Shown here in pieces: positions 36,826-46,870 of a DNA stretch of 64,000 bases; the first letter of the stretch is position 1; every line of letters begins with the position of its first letter. The stretch lies in NCBI GenBank assembly GCA_963797095.1, contig CAWCNY010000003.1, positions 224,001 to 288,000 of the forward strand, in the 5' to 3' direction. Position numbers and translations under genes: made by a program. A model generated the notes under the pieces. The model did no database searches. It was not told the DNA's origin and worked only from the letters and a program-made list of their open reading frames with translations. This stretch comes from an uncultured Chloroflexia bacterium (GTDB lineage: Bacteria; Chloroflexota; Chloroflexia; QHBQ01; JADMIH01).

Positions 36826-38583
36826 ATGCATGCCACACTAGCCAATAAGCCAACTATCTGGCACATCACACCCAAAACAAAGCTTCTGGCGGCCGTCATG
36901 ACCCTCTTCCTACCCGCGTCCCTCGCAGCCGCCCCCCTCCACCAGACCGGCCCCTCTCCCTCCGCCCCCGCCATCCTCGCGGGCGATGGCACCGTCAACC
37001 GTCTGGCCCCCAGCGTGGCAGGCAACACCCTCGTCTACAGCGATTGCTCCTCCGGCAACTGCAACATCTCCACGCTCAACCTCCTCACCCATCAGGCCTC
37101 CCCCATCACCCACGCCAACTACGACCAGCTAAACCCCGTCACCGACGGCACCTGGGTGGTCTGGCAAGATGGCCGCAACGCCTCCACCGACGACGCCACC
37201 AGCATCACCAACAACTACGACCTCTACGCCGCCAACCTCTCCGATAAAAAAGAATTCCTCGTATCCGACGCTTCCAACCTCCAGGGCAAGCCCTCCATCT
37301 CCGGCAACCTCATAGTCTGGGCCGACTACCGCGACGCCAAAGACTCCGGCGACCCCGACGCGGGCGACATCTACATGTTCGACCTCACCACCCGCCAGGA
37401 AACCCGCGTCACCGACTCGCCCGCCGCCCAGTCCCGCCCCGTCACCAACGGCCAAACCATAGTCTGGATCGACTTCCGCAACGAACCCAACCCCGAGGGC
37501 TTCAACGGCGACATCTACGCCTACGACCTCTCCTCTCGCCAGGAATACCCCATCACCAAAGCGCCCGACCTCCAGACCGACCCCGCCATCTACGGCAACA
37601 TTGTCGTCTGGCAAGACTACCGCAACGCCACAAGCGACACCGACTACAACGCCGACATCTACGCCTACAATCTCTCCACCAAACAGGAGTTCCCAATCAC
37701 AACCTCAGCAGGCAGGCAGGCCCGCCCCACCATCGCGGGCAACCTCGTCGCCTGGGAAGATTACCGCGACGACCCAAACCCGGCCAACACAGCCAACCCC
37801 ACCGACGGCAACATCTACGGCTACGACCTCTCCACCAAGCGCGAGTTCCCCGTTTCCCTTGAACCGGGCGAGCAGGAAGCCCCCACCGCAGGCGGCACTA
37901 CAGTAGCCTACCAGACCAACCCCAACGTCAACGACCCCACTTCCCGTTGGAGCATAAGCGCAGTCACAATAAATGGCGTGCAGGGCGGCACCATCCAACC
38001 CCTGCCCCCTCCCTCCCCTCTCCCCGGCGACGACACCCGCATCTTCCCCGAAACAGGCAAAACGGTCACGGGCATCTTCCTCGACTACTGGAACGATCAT
38101 GGCGGCCTCACCCAGCAAGGCTACCCCATCTCCGAAGTAATAGGCGAAGCCAGCGACCTCAACGGCCAACCCTACACAGTCCAGTATTTCGAGCGCGCCG
38201 TCTTCGAGCTACACCCCGAAAACGACGCCCCCTACAACGTGCTCCTATCTCAGCTAGGCACCTACCAGTACAAACGCAAATACCCCACCGGAGCGCCAGG
38301 CCAGACCCCCAACCAACAAGACGCCCATTACTTCCCCGAAACAGACCACTGGATAGGCGGCAAATTCCTCCAATACTGGCAAACCCACGGCGGCCTCGCC
38401 CAGCAAGGCTACCCCATCTCCGAAGAATTCACCGAAGTATCCGACCTCAACGGCCAACCCTACACAGTCCAGTATTTCGAGCGCGCCGTCTTCGAGCTAC
38501 ACCCCGAAAACACCCCACCTAACGACGTACTACTATCCCAACTAGGCACCTTCCAACACAGGTCCAAATACGGCAACAACTAA
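36826..38583 (+). CDS. Secreted beta-propeller repeat protein with C-terminal Chloroflexota surface repeats
   Basis: Repeated P.I.GN.VVWxDYR..DIY.YDL.T..E..IT blades; 2x FPETx..GYPIS..QYFERAVFELHPE. Confidence 0.85.
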   Translation: MHATLANKPTIWHITPKTKLLAAVMTLFLPASLAAAPLHQTGPSPSAPAILAGDGTVNRLAPSVAGNTLVYSDCSSGNCNISTLNLLTHQASPITHANYDQLNPVTDGTWVVWQDGRNASTDDATSITNNYDLYAANLSDKKEFLVSDASNLQGKPSISGNLIVWADYRDAKDSGDPDAGDIYMFDLTTRQETRVTDSPAAQSRPVTNGQTIVWIDFRNEPNPEGFNGDIYAYDLSSRQEYPITKAPDLQTDPAIYGNIVVWQDYRNATSDTDYNADIYAYNLSTKQEFPITTSAGRQARPTIAGNLVAWEDYRDDPNPANTANPTDGNIYGYDLSTKREFPVSLEPGEQEAPTAGGTTVAYQTNPNVNDPTSRWSISAVTINGVQGGTIQPLPPPSPLPGDDTRIFPETGKTVTGIFLDYWNDHGGLTQQGYPISEVIGEASDLNGQPYTVQYFERAVFELHPENDAPYNVLLSQLGTYQYKRKYPTGAPGQTPNQQDAHYFPETDHWIGGKFLQYWQTHGGLAQQGYPISEEFTEVSDLNGQPYTVQYFERAVFELHPENTPPNDVLLSQLGTFQHRSKYGNN

Positions 38584-38665
38584 CACCCCTTACAAGAAGG
38601 CGCAAGCAGAACTGCCCGCCCAGGGCCCTCAAAGTGTCTCTATCTCTCACTGCCCGAGCGCAAAA

Positions 38666-38780
38666 GGGAGTGCAGGCGGAACTGCCTGCCGGGGGGTTCG
38701 GGGGGTATACCCCCAACTCTCATCTCTATAGAAAGCCCCCTCTTCCCTGGCAGGGAAGAGAGGGTTGGGGGTGATGGGTC
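38666..38780. repeat. G-rich REP-like intergenic elements
   Basis: GGGGGTATACCCCCAACTCTCATC (as at 8266-8288) and CCCCCTCTTCCCTGGCAGGGAAGAGAGGG hairpin. Confidence 0.55.
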
Positions 38781-38888
38781 GTACCCCCAAAAGGGGAAAA
38801 CACGGAACACCCCGTTGGACAACACACCCCCCGCATGGTAGACTCTCATGTGCCCCACGGCTAGGGGAAACTAACCAAGGAGGAAATT

Positions 38889-39443
38889 TTGAAAAGGTTC
38901 TTCGTGAGCATAGCCTTGCTCGCACTCGGAGCGGTCACCCTCGTCGGTTGCGGCGAGCCCGCGACACCCACAACACCGCCACCACCACCCACCCCCATCA
39001 ACGGCGACCCATCAGCAGGGAGCAGCACAGTGAACACAGCAGGCCAACCGGACCACGTAACCGTCCAGCACATACTGATAGGATTCAAAGACGCAATCGG
39101 CTTCCAGGGCAATCCCCCTCCCGGTGCCACTAACCGCACCGAGGAGCAGGCCAAGACCCTCGCCTATGACATCTTCAACAGAGCCAAGAACGGCGAAGAC
39201 TTCGACCAGCTAGTCAGCCAGTACACCGACAACTCGCCTCCCGGCATCTACAGCATGTCCAACATCGGCATACAGCCCACCTCCGCCGACGAATACCCCC
39301 GCGAAGGCATGGTAGCAGCGTTCGGCAATATAGGCTTCGCCTTGCAGGTGGGAGAGATCGGCATTGCCGACTACGACCCCGGCGACCTCAACACCGTCGG
39401 CACCAGCCCCTTCGGCTGGCACATCATCAAGCGCATCAAGTAG
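38889..39443 (+). CDS. Parvulin-type peptidyl-prolyl isomerase lipoprotein
   Basis: Lipobox LVGC; VQHILI, GEDFDQL, MVAAF, SPFGWHIIKR. Confidence 0.9.
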   Translation: MKRFFVSIALLALGAVTLVGCGEPATPTTPPPPPTPINGDPSAGSSTVNTAGQPDHVTVQHILIGFKDAIGFQGNPPPGATNRTEEQAKTLAYDIFNRAKNGEDFDQLVSQYTDNSPPGIYSMSNIGIQPTSADEYPREGMVAAFGNIGFALQVGEIGIADYDPGDLNTVGTSPFGWHIIKRIK

Positions 39444-39449
39444 CCAGGG

Positions 39450-40097
39450 TTAGGCTACGTGCCCCCGGCGCACCGCTATGCGCTGGAGGTAAGCCAGCCC
39501 AACCTCCGCCATCAGCGCCAGGATCGCCACCGGGATCGCCCCCACCAACAGTATATAGTTGCGGCCAAGCGTCAGCCCAGCTGTAATGAAATCTCCCAGC
39601 CCTCCCCCGCCAATAAGGGAGGCAAGCGTCGCGCTTGAGATCACCTCAATGGTGGCGATCCGCACCCCCGCCAGGATCACAGGCAGAGCCAGCGGCAGTT
39701 GCACCCTCATAATGAGGTCCAGCGGCGTCATCCCCATGCCCCGCCCCGCCTCAAGCACCGCCTTGTTCACCCCCCTCATCCCCGCCTCCGTATTAATAAG
39801 AAGCGGCGGCACCGCCAGCACACTGAGCGCCGCCAGCGAGGGCGCGAACCCCGTATGCAGCACCGGGATCAGGAGAAACAGCAGCGCCAGGCTAGGCACC
39901 ACGCGCACAATCCCCGCCACATTCACCATCACCCTCGAAAGCGCTTCGTAGCGACTCACAAGCACGCCCAGTGGCAGCCCCACCAGCGCTCCCACAAGCA
40001 GCGCCAGCAAGCTCAACTGCAAATGCGCTCCCAGTGCTCCCAGAAAGTTCTTAGAAGGATCGAGCGCGTATTCAATTGCCTGCCCTAACGTATCCAT
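39450..40097 (-). CDS. Osmoprotectant (glycine betaine/choline) ABC permease
   Basis: VPSLAL, EAGRGMGM, QLPLALPVI, GGGGLG. Confidence 0.92.
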   Translation of the reverse strand: MDTLGQAIEYALDPSKNFLGALGAHLQLSLLALLVGALVGLPLGVLVSRYEALSRVMVNVAGIVRVVPSLALLFLLIPVLHTGFAPSLAALSVLAVPPLLINTEAGMRGVNKAVLEAGRGMGMTPLDLIMRVQLPLALPVILAGVRIATIEVISSATLASLIGGGGLGDFITAGLTLGRNYILLVGAIPVAILALMAEVGLAYLQRIAVRRGHVA

Positions 40098-40106
40098 AGC
40101 TCCGCC

Positions 40107-40715
40107 TCAAGGCACGCGCACCAGCCGCCCCACCAACCGGAAGCCGATATCGGTCACAATAGCGATAGCCGCCACGCATATCAGCCCAGCATAGAGCTTC
40201 GATTCGTTGTTGATCCCATCCTTCAGCAGTTGCCCCAGGCCCAACCCACCAACCCACGCCGCGATAGTAGCAAGCCCGATTGTAGAAAGAGCAGCAATCC
40301 GCAATCCCGCCACGATCACAGGCAGCGCAAGGGGCAACTCAATTCTCCACAACACCTGCCCGCCGTCCATCCCCATACCGACTGCGGCCTCTTTCACCCC
40401 CCTATCTACCCCGTTGAACGCCACCATCGTGTTGCGCACCAGCACCACCAGCGCGTAAGCGGTCAGCGCGATTATGGCCGGCTGCGACCCTATCCCAGTG
40501 AAAGGCACTAGAAAGGCAAACATGGCAAAGCTGGGTATCGTATACACGATCCCAAGCACCGTCAGCACAGGTGTCGCCAGACCTGCCCGGCGGCTCAGCA
40601 GCAACCCTAGCGGTAGCGCGATCAGCGCCGCGATCCCCAACGACAGACCACTAAGATACAGATGCTCGACAAACCGGGGCCACACTCGGTCAAAGTTGTT
40701 GATCAGGTAATCCAT
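40107..40715 (-). CDS. Osmoprotectant ABC permease
   Basis: YTIPSFA, EAAVGMGM, ELPLALPVI. Confidence 0.92.
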   Translation of the reverse strand: MDYLINNFDRVWPRFVEHLYLSGLSLGIAALIALPLGLLLSRRAGLATPVLTVLGIVYTIPSFAMFAFLVPFTGIGSQPAIIALTAYALVVLVRNTMVAFNGVDRGVKEAAVGMGMDGGQVLWRIELPLALPVIVAGLRIAALSTIGLATIAAWVGGLGLGQLLKDGINNESKLYAGLICVAAIAIVTDIGFRLVGRLVRVP

Positions 40716-40735
40716 CGATGCGCTACAAAGACAGC

Positions 40736-41791
40736 CTAGACCTCCTGCCCGACATCCATCTCGCGATGGGTAGCTCGCTTGATAGCTTGCAGATTGAGCG
40801 TGCCCACAGGCCTCCCTGCCTCATCGACAACGGTCAAACTGTTGGTGTCAGCCCCCAGCAAGATACCAAGCCCCTCGCGCAGACTGGCGCTAATCGGAAG
40901 CGTGGGAGCGGCCGGACTAAGAGCGGTCTCGGACAGAGGCAGCATCACCGTTTGCACGCCCAGCAGCGACAACCTCCGCAATACATCCTCCGACCCCACC
41001 AGGTCGGCCACGAAGGCATCCGCCGGGTCGGACAATATCTGCAAAGGCGTGTCGTACTGCACCAGTTTGCCCTGGCGCATGACGGCGATCTTATCCGCCA
41101 GCCTGATCGCCTCCTCTATGTCGTGCGTGACAAACAGGATCGTCTTGCGAACCACGCTCTGTATCCGTAGCAATTCGTCCTGCAAACGCCTGCGCGTGAT
41201 ATTATCTATGGCCGCGAACGGCTCGTCCATGAGCATGATCGACGGGTCGGCGGCCATCGCGCGGGCCAATCCCACCCTCTGCTGCTGCCCGCCCGAAAGC
41301 TGAGCCGGGTAGCGGCCACGGTACTCGCCGGGCGGCATGCCAATCAACTCAAGCAGATCGTCTATGCGATGATCGGTGCGGTCCTTATCCCACCCCAGCA
41401 AGCGTGGCACAGTCGCTATGTTCTCGGCCACCGTCATATGAGGAAAGAGGCCCGTGCTCTGGATCACATACCCAATGCGGCGGCGCAGGTCCGTCTCCTT
41501 GAAGCTGCGTGCCTCGCGTCCCTCCACCAGCACACGCCCCGAATCGTGCTCGTACAGGCGATTCACCATCTTCATCAGGGTGGTCTTTCCGCACCCCGAC
41601 GGCCCGAACAGCACGACAAAGCTCCCGGGCGCTACCTCCAGATAGACATCGTCTATAGCCGGAAATGTGGCTCCCGGGAAGCGTTTGCTTACGTGCTCGA
41701 AAACGATAGCAGGAGCGGTCGAATTCGGAGTGCGAAGTTCGGAGTTCGGAACATCCTTATCAACTGCTTGATCTTGGTCGATACTGGCCAT
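40736..41791 (-). CDS. Osmoprotectant ABC ATP-binding subunit with CBS domain
   Basis: GPSGCGKT, LSGGQQQR, MDEPF, VTHD. Confidence 0.93.
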   Translation of the reverse strand: MASIDQDQAVDKDVPNSELRTPNSTAPAIVFEHVSKRFPGATFPAIDDVYLEVAPGSFVVLFGPSGCGKTTLMKMVNRLYEHDSGRVLVEGREARSFKETDLRRRIGYVIQSTGLFPHMTVAENIATVPRLLGWDKDRTDHRIDDLLELIGMPPGEYRGRYPAQLSGGQQQRVGLARAMAADPSIMLMDEPFAAIDNITRRRLQDELLRIQSVVRKTILFVTHDIEEAIRLADKIAVMRQGKLVQYDTPLQILSDPADAFVADLVGSEDVLRRLSLLGVQTVMLPLSETALSPAAPTLPISASLREGLGILLGADTNSLTVVDEAGRPVGTLNLQAIKRATHREMDVGQEV

Positions 41792-41837
41792 TACAAACTA
41801 CTTGGGAACCTACTAACGCCGCACTCCGAATTCCGCC

Positions 41838-42740
41838 CTACTTGATCAATCCTTGCTGCTGCATCCATTCCTTTGCCACGTCCGCGTATTCTCGCTTCTT
41901 GCCGTCAACCTCCCAGTTGAGGGCCGAGATCACGTCGTTGGTCAGCTTGGGTGCGAGCGCGTTCAGCGCATCAGCGATTTGCGGGTACAAAGCAAGCACA
42001 TCGTCGCGCACAACCGGAGCCACATTGTACGGAAGGCCGTAGTTCTTGGGATCGCTCAGCAGCACTAACCCGTTGCCTGCTATCGGTCCATCCGTGCTGA
42101 AAGCCTGCGTCACTTCCACGTCGCCATTCATGAGCGTCGTGTAGAAGAGACTGGGATCAATAGACTTGATCTCTTTGAAATCGCACGCACCGTAAACCTC
42201 GGTCAGGCGTGGGTACGCATCGGGCCGGTCCTTGAACTCTGCGGTGGCCGACAGCCGTATGTCACCTGCCTTCGCGCACATAGCCGCCAGGCTTGTAATT
42301 CCCAGCAAATCGGCGTTCGCCTTGGTGGTCACAAACGCCTGGGTGTCGTTCATAGGAGAAGCATCCAGCCAGGTCATCTTGTACTGGTCCTCGTACCCCT
42401 GCTTGACCGCATCGTACACCGCCGGCGGATCGAATATGGGGTCCTGCTTCAGGATAACCGTAAGGCCGGTGCTGGTGTACTCAGGATACAGGTCGATCCC
42501 ATCATTGGCACCGCCCTTCTCCATAGCAGCCTGAGCTATATCCGACGCACCTATGTTCAGTTTGCGCTCGACAGGCACACCAGCGTTTTCAAGAGCCAAT
42601 GCATACATCTCGCCAAGCAAAAACTCCTCGGTAAAATTCTTTGAGCTAACAACCACGCTCCGTTTGTCATCGCCGCCACAGGCCGACAGCAGTAGGCTAA
42701 TGACAGTAAGCAGAGATAAGGCCAACATCCTCTTCTTCAC
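41838..42740 (-). CDS. Osmoprotectant ABC substrate-binding lipoprotein
   Basis: Lipobox LSAC; SKNFTE, YPEYT, STDG, PY. Confidence 0.9.
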   Translation of the reverse strand: MKKRMLALSLLTVISLLLSACGGDDKRSVVVSSKNFTEEFLLGEMYALALENAGVPVERKLNIGASDIAQAAMEKGGANDGIDLYPEYTSTGLTVILKQDPIFDPPAVYDAVKQGYEDQYKMTWLDASPMNDTQAFVTTKANADLLGITSLAAMCAKAGDIRLSATAEFKDRPDAYPRLTEVYGACDFKEIKSIDPSLFYTTLMNGDVEVTQAFSTDGPIAGNGLVLLSDPKNYGLPYNVAPVVRDDVLALYPQIADALNALAPKLTNDVISALNWEVDGKKREYADVAKEWMQQQGLIK

Positions 42741-43026
42741 GGGTTCCCTCCTTGGGATGGGGGTATACGGGATATTACCGGTGCTACTCTCCGTCGAGCG
42801 GGCGGGAATACATCAGTATGGGCGCAATAGGGTATACGCTCGAAATGCAACCTGGGATTTACAGGAGAATGCGTCGCAGCACTGCGCCGGTGCCCCTGTA
42901 TCCCGGCTTTGCAGCCAATGGCCGGGATGGGATTGAGCAGCTAATGTGCAATCCCGGTCACAAAGTGATTATAAATAGCACGGCATGAATGGTCAAGAAC
43001 ACTTGTTGCAAAGTACTTAACAAACC

Positions 43027-43058
43027 GGAAGGCCATCACCCCATGATGATGGCCTTCC
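43027..43058 (-). terminator. Probable terminator after the ECF sigma gene
   Basis: GGAAGGCCATCA-ccccatga-TGATGGCCTTCC stem. Confidence 0.55.
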
Positions 43059-43086
43059 AACCGAAAGGGGAGAAGAAGGAAGGAGA

Positions 43087-43728
43087 CTATATCAGTTCAG
43101 CGCCCACCTTGAGCGCCTTTTGTATGGCCCGGTGCTGAATGACCTTGGCGTTGGCCTCTGTAATCCGCAGGGCGGCGGCGGTCTCTTTCAGGCTGCAACC
43201 TTGCAGAAAGCGAAGCTCCAGCACCCGGCGATAGTTTTCGGGCAAAAGTGCAAGCACCGCATGCACCCTCTCGACAGCCAGGTCAATATCTGCATCTTGA
43301 AGAGTACCCAGAACAATCGGCCCGGCGGCCAGGTGTAGCGGAGCATTCTCTTCCAGTTCTTCAAGGCTGGCGCTGACGCCCCGGTAGTATCCACGCCAGT
43401 GGTCCGTGATAGTGGTGCGGGTCACCTGGTAGAGCCACGCAAGCCGGGTTTGCTCCGTCTGGTCAACGTCTATCGAGTTAGCGGCCTTCATAAAGACCTG
43501 GGATGCAATATCCTCCGCGTCTTCGCGGTTGCCCACTTTGAAGAAGATGAACCTGTAAATCTGCTCGACATGAGCATCATAAATAGCCTCAAGAGCAGCT
43601 TTGCGAGAGTTGGCAGAGTCAGCGGCGCGACCGTGAGCCGTAACGCCTTTTGTTTTACCGGCGTCCTCGGTCCCTGATATATTGCTTGGAACCCTATCTT
43701 GTGTAATGGAGATGCCGAGAGCGTTCAT
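43087..43728 (-). CDS. ECF sigma-70 factor
   Basis: DAEDIASQVF, AWLYQV; LPENYRRVLELRF..SLKETAAAL; no adjacent anti-sigma. Confidence 0.88.
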   Translation of the reverse strand: MNALGISITQDRVPSNISGTEDAGKTKGVTAHGRAADSANSRKAALEAIYDAHVEQIYRFIFFKVGNREDAEDIASQVFMKAANSIDVDQTEQTRLAWLYQVTRTTITDHWRGYYRGVSASLEELEENAPLHLAAGPIVLGTLQDADIDLAVERVHAVLALLPENYRRVLELRFLQGCSLKETAAALRITEANAKVIQHRAIQKALKVGAELI

Positions 43729-43804
43729 TAGCCTGCCTTCCAGGGTCTGGTCTCCTATGCCCGGTCGCGGCCCGCACCGCTTCTTCTGCCTTTGTTCTGG
43801 CGCA

Positions 43805-43870
43805 ATGATAAGCGCACGCGCCTGAGAATCCCCTGAAAGGCATCAAGAGCCTCCTTAAGATGGCCTTAAA
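43805..43870 (-). promoter_or_regulatory. Direct-repeat array (OmpR-family box-like) and -10 upstream of the ECF gene
   Basis: Minus strand TTTAAG, CTTAAG, TTTCAG, TCTCAG at + 43865, 43854, 43833, 43822, then TATCAT (43810-43805). Confidence 0.5.
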
Positions 43871-43890
43871 GTGGTGGAGTGATCAGAAAC

Positions 43891-43969
43891 ATGAAACATC
43901 GCGAGTTCTGGGTGCGAGTTCGCAGATGTACAACTTGTTTCTAAAATTCGGGGAAGGGGCTGGGGTGAG
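43891..43969 (+). repeat. Composite repeat copy B (one 56-bp unit plus partial G-tract)
   Basis: ATGAAACAT..GTTCGCAG..TTCTAAAA then TTCGGGGAAGGGGCTGGGGTGAG. Confidence 0.7.
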
Positions 43970-44124
43970 ACCTCCGCTGGCATCCCTCATCCGTTTTGCA
44001 CACGAATCCCGAAAGCTCGCGATGATCCAAGTCGAGACGCCAGCACAAATATGTCCTTAAGTACTTTTGACCTGTGTTACCCTACAGAGTATTATTAACC
44101 AAGCTCAATCGAAGATAGGAACCA

Positions 44125-44841
44125 ATGCAGGTCAAACAAAGCATCCTGGTAGTAGATGATGATCCCCGCCTTCTGAGGCTGGTGCGCGTGAACCTGGAGA
44201 AAGCCGGGTTCGTGGTGAACACGGCTGCCGGCGGCACAGCAGCCCTTGAGCAATTCGATCTGGAACTGCCCGATGCCATGGTGGTAGACGTTACCATGCC
44301 CGGCATGGACGGATTCACCCTCACACAGCGAATACGCGAAGTATCCAACGTTCCGATCATCATATTGACGGCTATGGGAGAGCAGTCGCAGAAAGTGCGC
44401 GGCCTTGAGCTGGGAGCCGACGACTACATAACCAAACCGTTCGACCCGGAAGAGCTTGTGGCGCGTGTGCGCGCTCTCCTCCGCAGGAGCCAGTCAGCAA
44501 GCAGCGACAGTCAGGCCGGTCACGTAATTCAAGCAGGCGGTCTCACAATAGATTTCCTGAAGCGCAAAGTGGAATACGACGGCAAGCCCGTCAAGCTGAC
44601 GCCGACCGAATACAAATTGCTCCAGCAGTTGGCCCAACAAGCCGGCAAGGTGATTCCCCATACCGATCTGCTATCCAAAGTGTGGGGGCCCGAGTATCGA
44701 GACGAAACAGGCTACCTGTGGGTCTACATCCGCTCCCTACGACAAAAGTTGGAGCCTGACCCCTCCAACCCCCAATTCATCATGTCCGAACCGGGCTTCG
44801 GATATCGGTTCCAGATTCCGAGGCCTACAGGTGAGGACTAA
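44125..44841 (+). CDS. OmpR-family response regulator (KdpE-like)
   Basis: LVVDDD, GADDYITKPF, YLWVYIRSLRQKLE, EPGFGYR. Confidence 0.95.
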   Translation: MQVKQSILVVDDDPRLLRLVRVNLEKAGFVVNTAAGGTAALEQFDLELPDAMVVDVTMPGMDGFTLTQRIREVSNVPIIILTAMGEQSQKVRGLELGADDYITKPFDPEELVARVRALLRRSQSASSDSQAGHVIQAGGLTIDFLKRKVEYDGKPVKLTPTEYKLLQQLAQQAGKVIPHTDLLSKVWGPEYRDETGYLWVYIRSLRQKLEPDPSNPQFIMSEPGFGYRFQIPRPTGED

Positions 44842-44874
44842 CCGCTACCACCGGTCTCGCTTCACGAGAGTTGG

Positions 44875-46854
44875 ATGGCAATGAAGCACATCACTCTGCT
44901 ATCGCAATTCTCGATCATTAGCCTCGTCCTTATGGTAGGCATTGGCCTGATGCTCGGTTTCAGCCTGACCCACTATTTTGAGCAGACGGCGATAGCCCAG
45001 CAGCGAGACGCAGTGCGCGACCTCGTGCCCCCACTCATCGGAGACCACATCACCGACGATGTACTCCAACACGGCGCGCAGGGCGATAGCTACATAGACA
45101 TAGAGCGCATGCTGGCGAATCTGGGCGGGTCGGGGCTGGTGCGCGTCAAGATATGGAACCGCCAGGGCGACATTGTCTATTCGGACGACAAGAACCTCCT
45201 AGGCCAGCAGTACGATATAGATGAGTCTCTAGCCCAGGCGCTGGATGGCCTGACGGTCGCCGATATATCCGAGCTATCAAAGGCCGAAAACGTAGAGGAA
45301 AGTGGGTTCGGCGAATTGCTCGAAGTCTATACGCCTCTCAGGCAAGGCGGCAAGAGCGAAATCGTAGGCGCGTTCGAGGGATATTACGACATCACAGATC
45401 TCAGGGACAGAATGAACGCCACCAACCAATTCCTCTGGATCAGCATCGCCTTCGGCTTTTCGTTCCTCTATGTGTCCCTCTTTACCCTGGTGAGGTCGGC
45501 CTCTCAGAGGATCACAAGGCAGGCGCGCGAAAACGAGGTTCTCCTCGAAGACACAGAGCGAAAGGCAGCCCGTCTCGCGGTCGTGAACGAACTGGCCCGC
45601 TCGATAAACCAGTCGGCCCTCGATCTTGAGGAGGTATTCCAGACCGCCCTGCGCGGTATCGACCGCATCGTGCCGAACAATGGAGCAAACATCAGCCTGC
45701 TCGATGAGCAAAACGGCGACCTACTCGATACCGTATATACGAACAACGCGGAGGGCAGCGCCCAAAGACTCAAGCGCGAAGAACTCGACATAGAGTGCGC
45801 GCGCCGGTTATTGAACGGCGGCGATACCTTTGTCAGCAGCGACATCACCGGGATCGAGGACCCGTCGATGCAGTTGCTGGCCGAGAGCGGCACACGATCC
45901 CTGCTCCTCGTCTCTATAAGCCTGGGGCCGCGCAGGTTGGGCCTGATCACCCTCACCGCCGCAGACAAGTATGCCTTTGGGCACGATGATGCCCAGATCC
46001 TCAAGAGCGTAGCCGATCAGCTGGCGGTGGCTATCGAGAATTCGTGGCTGATAGCAGAAACAGCCGAGACCACCGCCCTGCGCGAAGCCAACAAACTCAA
46101 GGACGACTTTATGTCGATGGTATCCCACGAGCTACGAACGCCGCTTGCGTCCATCAAAGGTTATTCGCGCACGCTCCTTGCCGACGACGGCCACTGGGAC
46201 GACGAAACGCGCTCCGAGTTCCTGAACATCATCTCCGACGAAAGCGATAAGCTGGCTGAACTGGTGGAGAACCTGCTGGAGATGACCCGCATAGACGGCG
46301 ACAGGCTGAGGATCATGCCTGAGCCGGTGCTCCTGGGGCGATATTGCCGGGATGTGGTGGCGCGGGTCAGCAACCAGTACCGAGATATCAAGTTCGAGTG
46401 CGAGGTGAGCGACAAACTTCCTCTTGTAGAGGCCGACCCGCGCCGGTTGGAACAGGTGCTTGTGAACCTCCTTCAGAACGCCGCCAAATACTCGCATGCG
46501 GAAGTGATCAAGGTGAAGGCCGACTACGATGGCGATTGGAGCGTGGTCATCTGCGTAGAAGATGATGGCATCGGGATCGCGCCTGAGCACCTCCCGCACC
46601 TCTTCGACAAGTTCTACAGGGTAGAGGCCAAAGGCGAGAGCGGCGTAGGCATAAGCGCTGGCACGGGCCTCGGCCTGACCATCTCAAAGGCGCTGGTAGA
46701 AGCCCAGCGTGGGCGCATTTGGGTAACAAGCACCCCCGGCAAGGGGACGACCTTCTATTTCACGGTGCCAACACTACGTATGCACGACTATGGTGAGCAC
46801 AACGACAAGGCGGAGCCGGGAGTGACTCAAACAACATCCATATCCGCCCGCTAG
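44875..46854 (+). CDS. Membrane sensor histidine kinase with GAF domain
   Basis: Two TMs; GAF ending VADQLAVAIEN; SHELRTPL, NLLQNA, DDGIG, GTGLGL. Confidence 0.93.
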   Translation: MAMKHITLLSQFSIISLVLMVGIGLMLGFSLTHYFEQTAIAQQRDAVRDLVPPLIGDHITDDVLQHGAQGDSYIDIERMLANLGGSGLVRVKIWNRQGDIVYSDDKNLLGQQYDIDESLAQALDGLTVADISELSKAENVEESGFGELLEVYTPLRQGGKSEIVGAFEGYYDITDLRDRMNATNQFLWISIAFGFSFLYVSLFTLVRSASQRITRQARENEVLLEDTERKAARLAVVNELARSINQSALDLEEVFQTALRGIDRIVPNNGANISLLDEQNGDLLDTVYTNNAEGSAQRLKREELDIECARRLLNGGDTFVSSDITGIEDPSMQLLAESGTRSLLLVSISLGPRRLGLITLTAADKYAFGHDDAQILKSVADQLAVAIENSWLIAETAETTALREANKLKDDFMSMVSHELRTPLASIKGYSRTLLADDGHWDDETRSEFLNIISDESDKLAELVENLLEMTRIDGDRLRIMPEPVLLGRYCRDVVARVSNQYRDIKFECEVSDKLPLVEADPRRLEQVLVNLLQNAAKYSHAEVIKVKADYDGDWSVVICVEDDGIGIAPEHLPHLFDKFYRVEAKGESGVGISAGTGLGLTISKALVEAQRGRIWVTSTPGKGTTFYFTVPTLRMHDYGEHNDKAEPGVTQTTSISAR

Positions 46855-46870
46855 CCGGGACGCACTAGCC

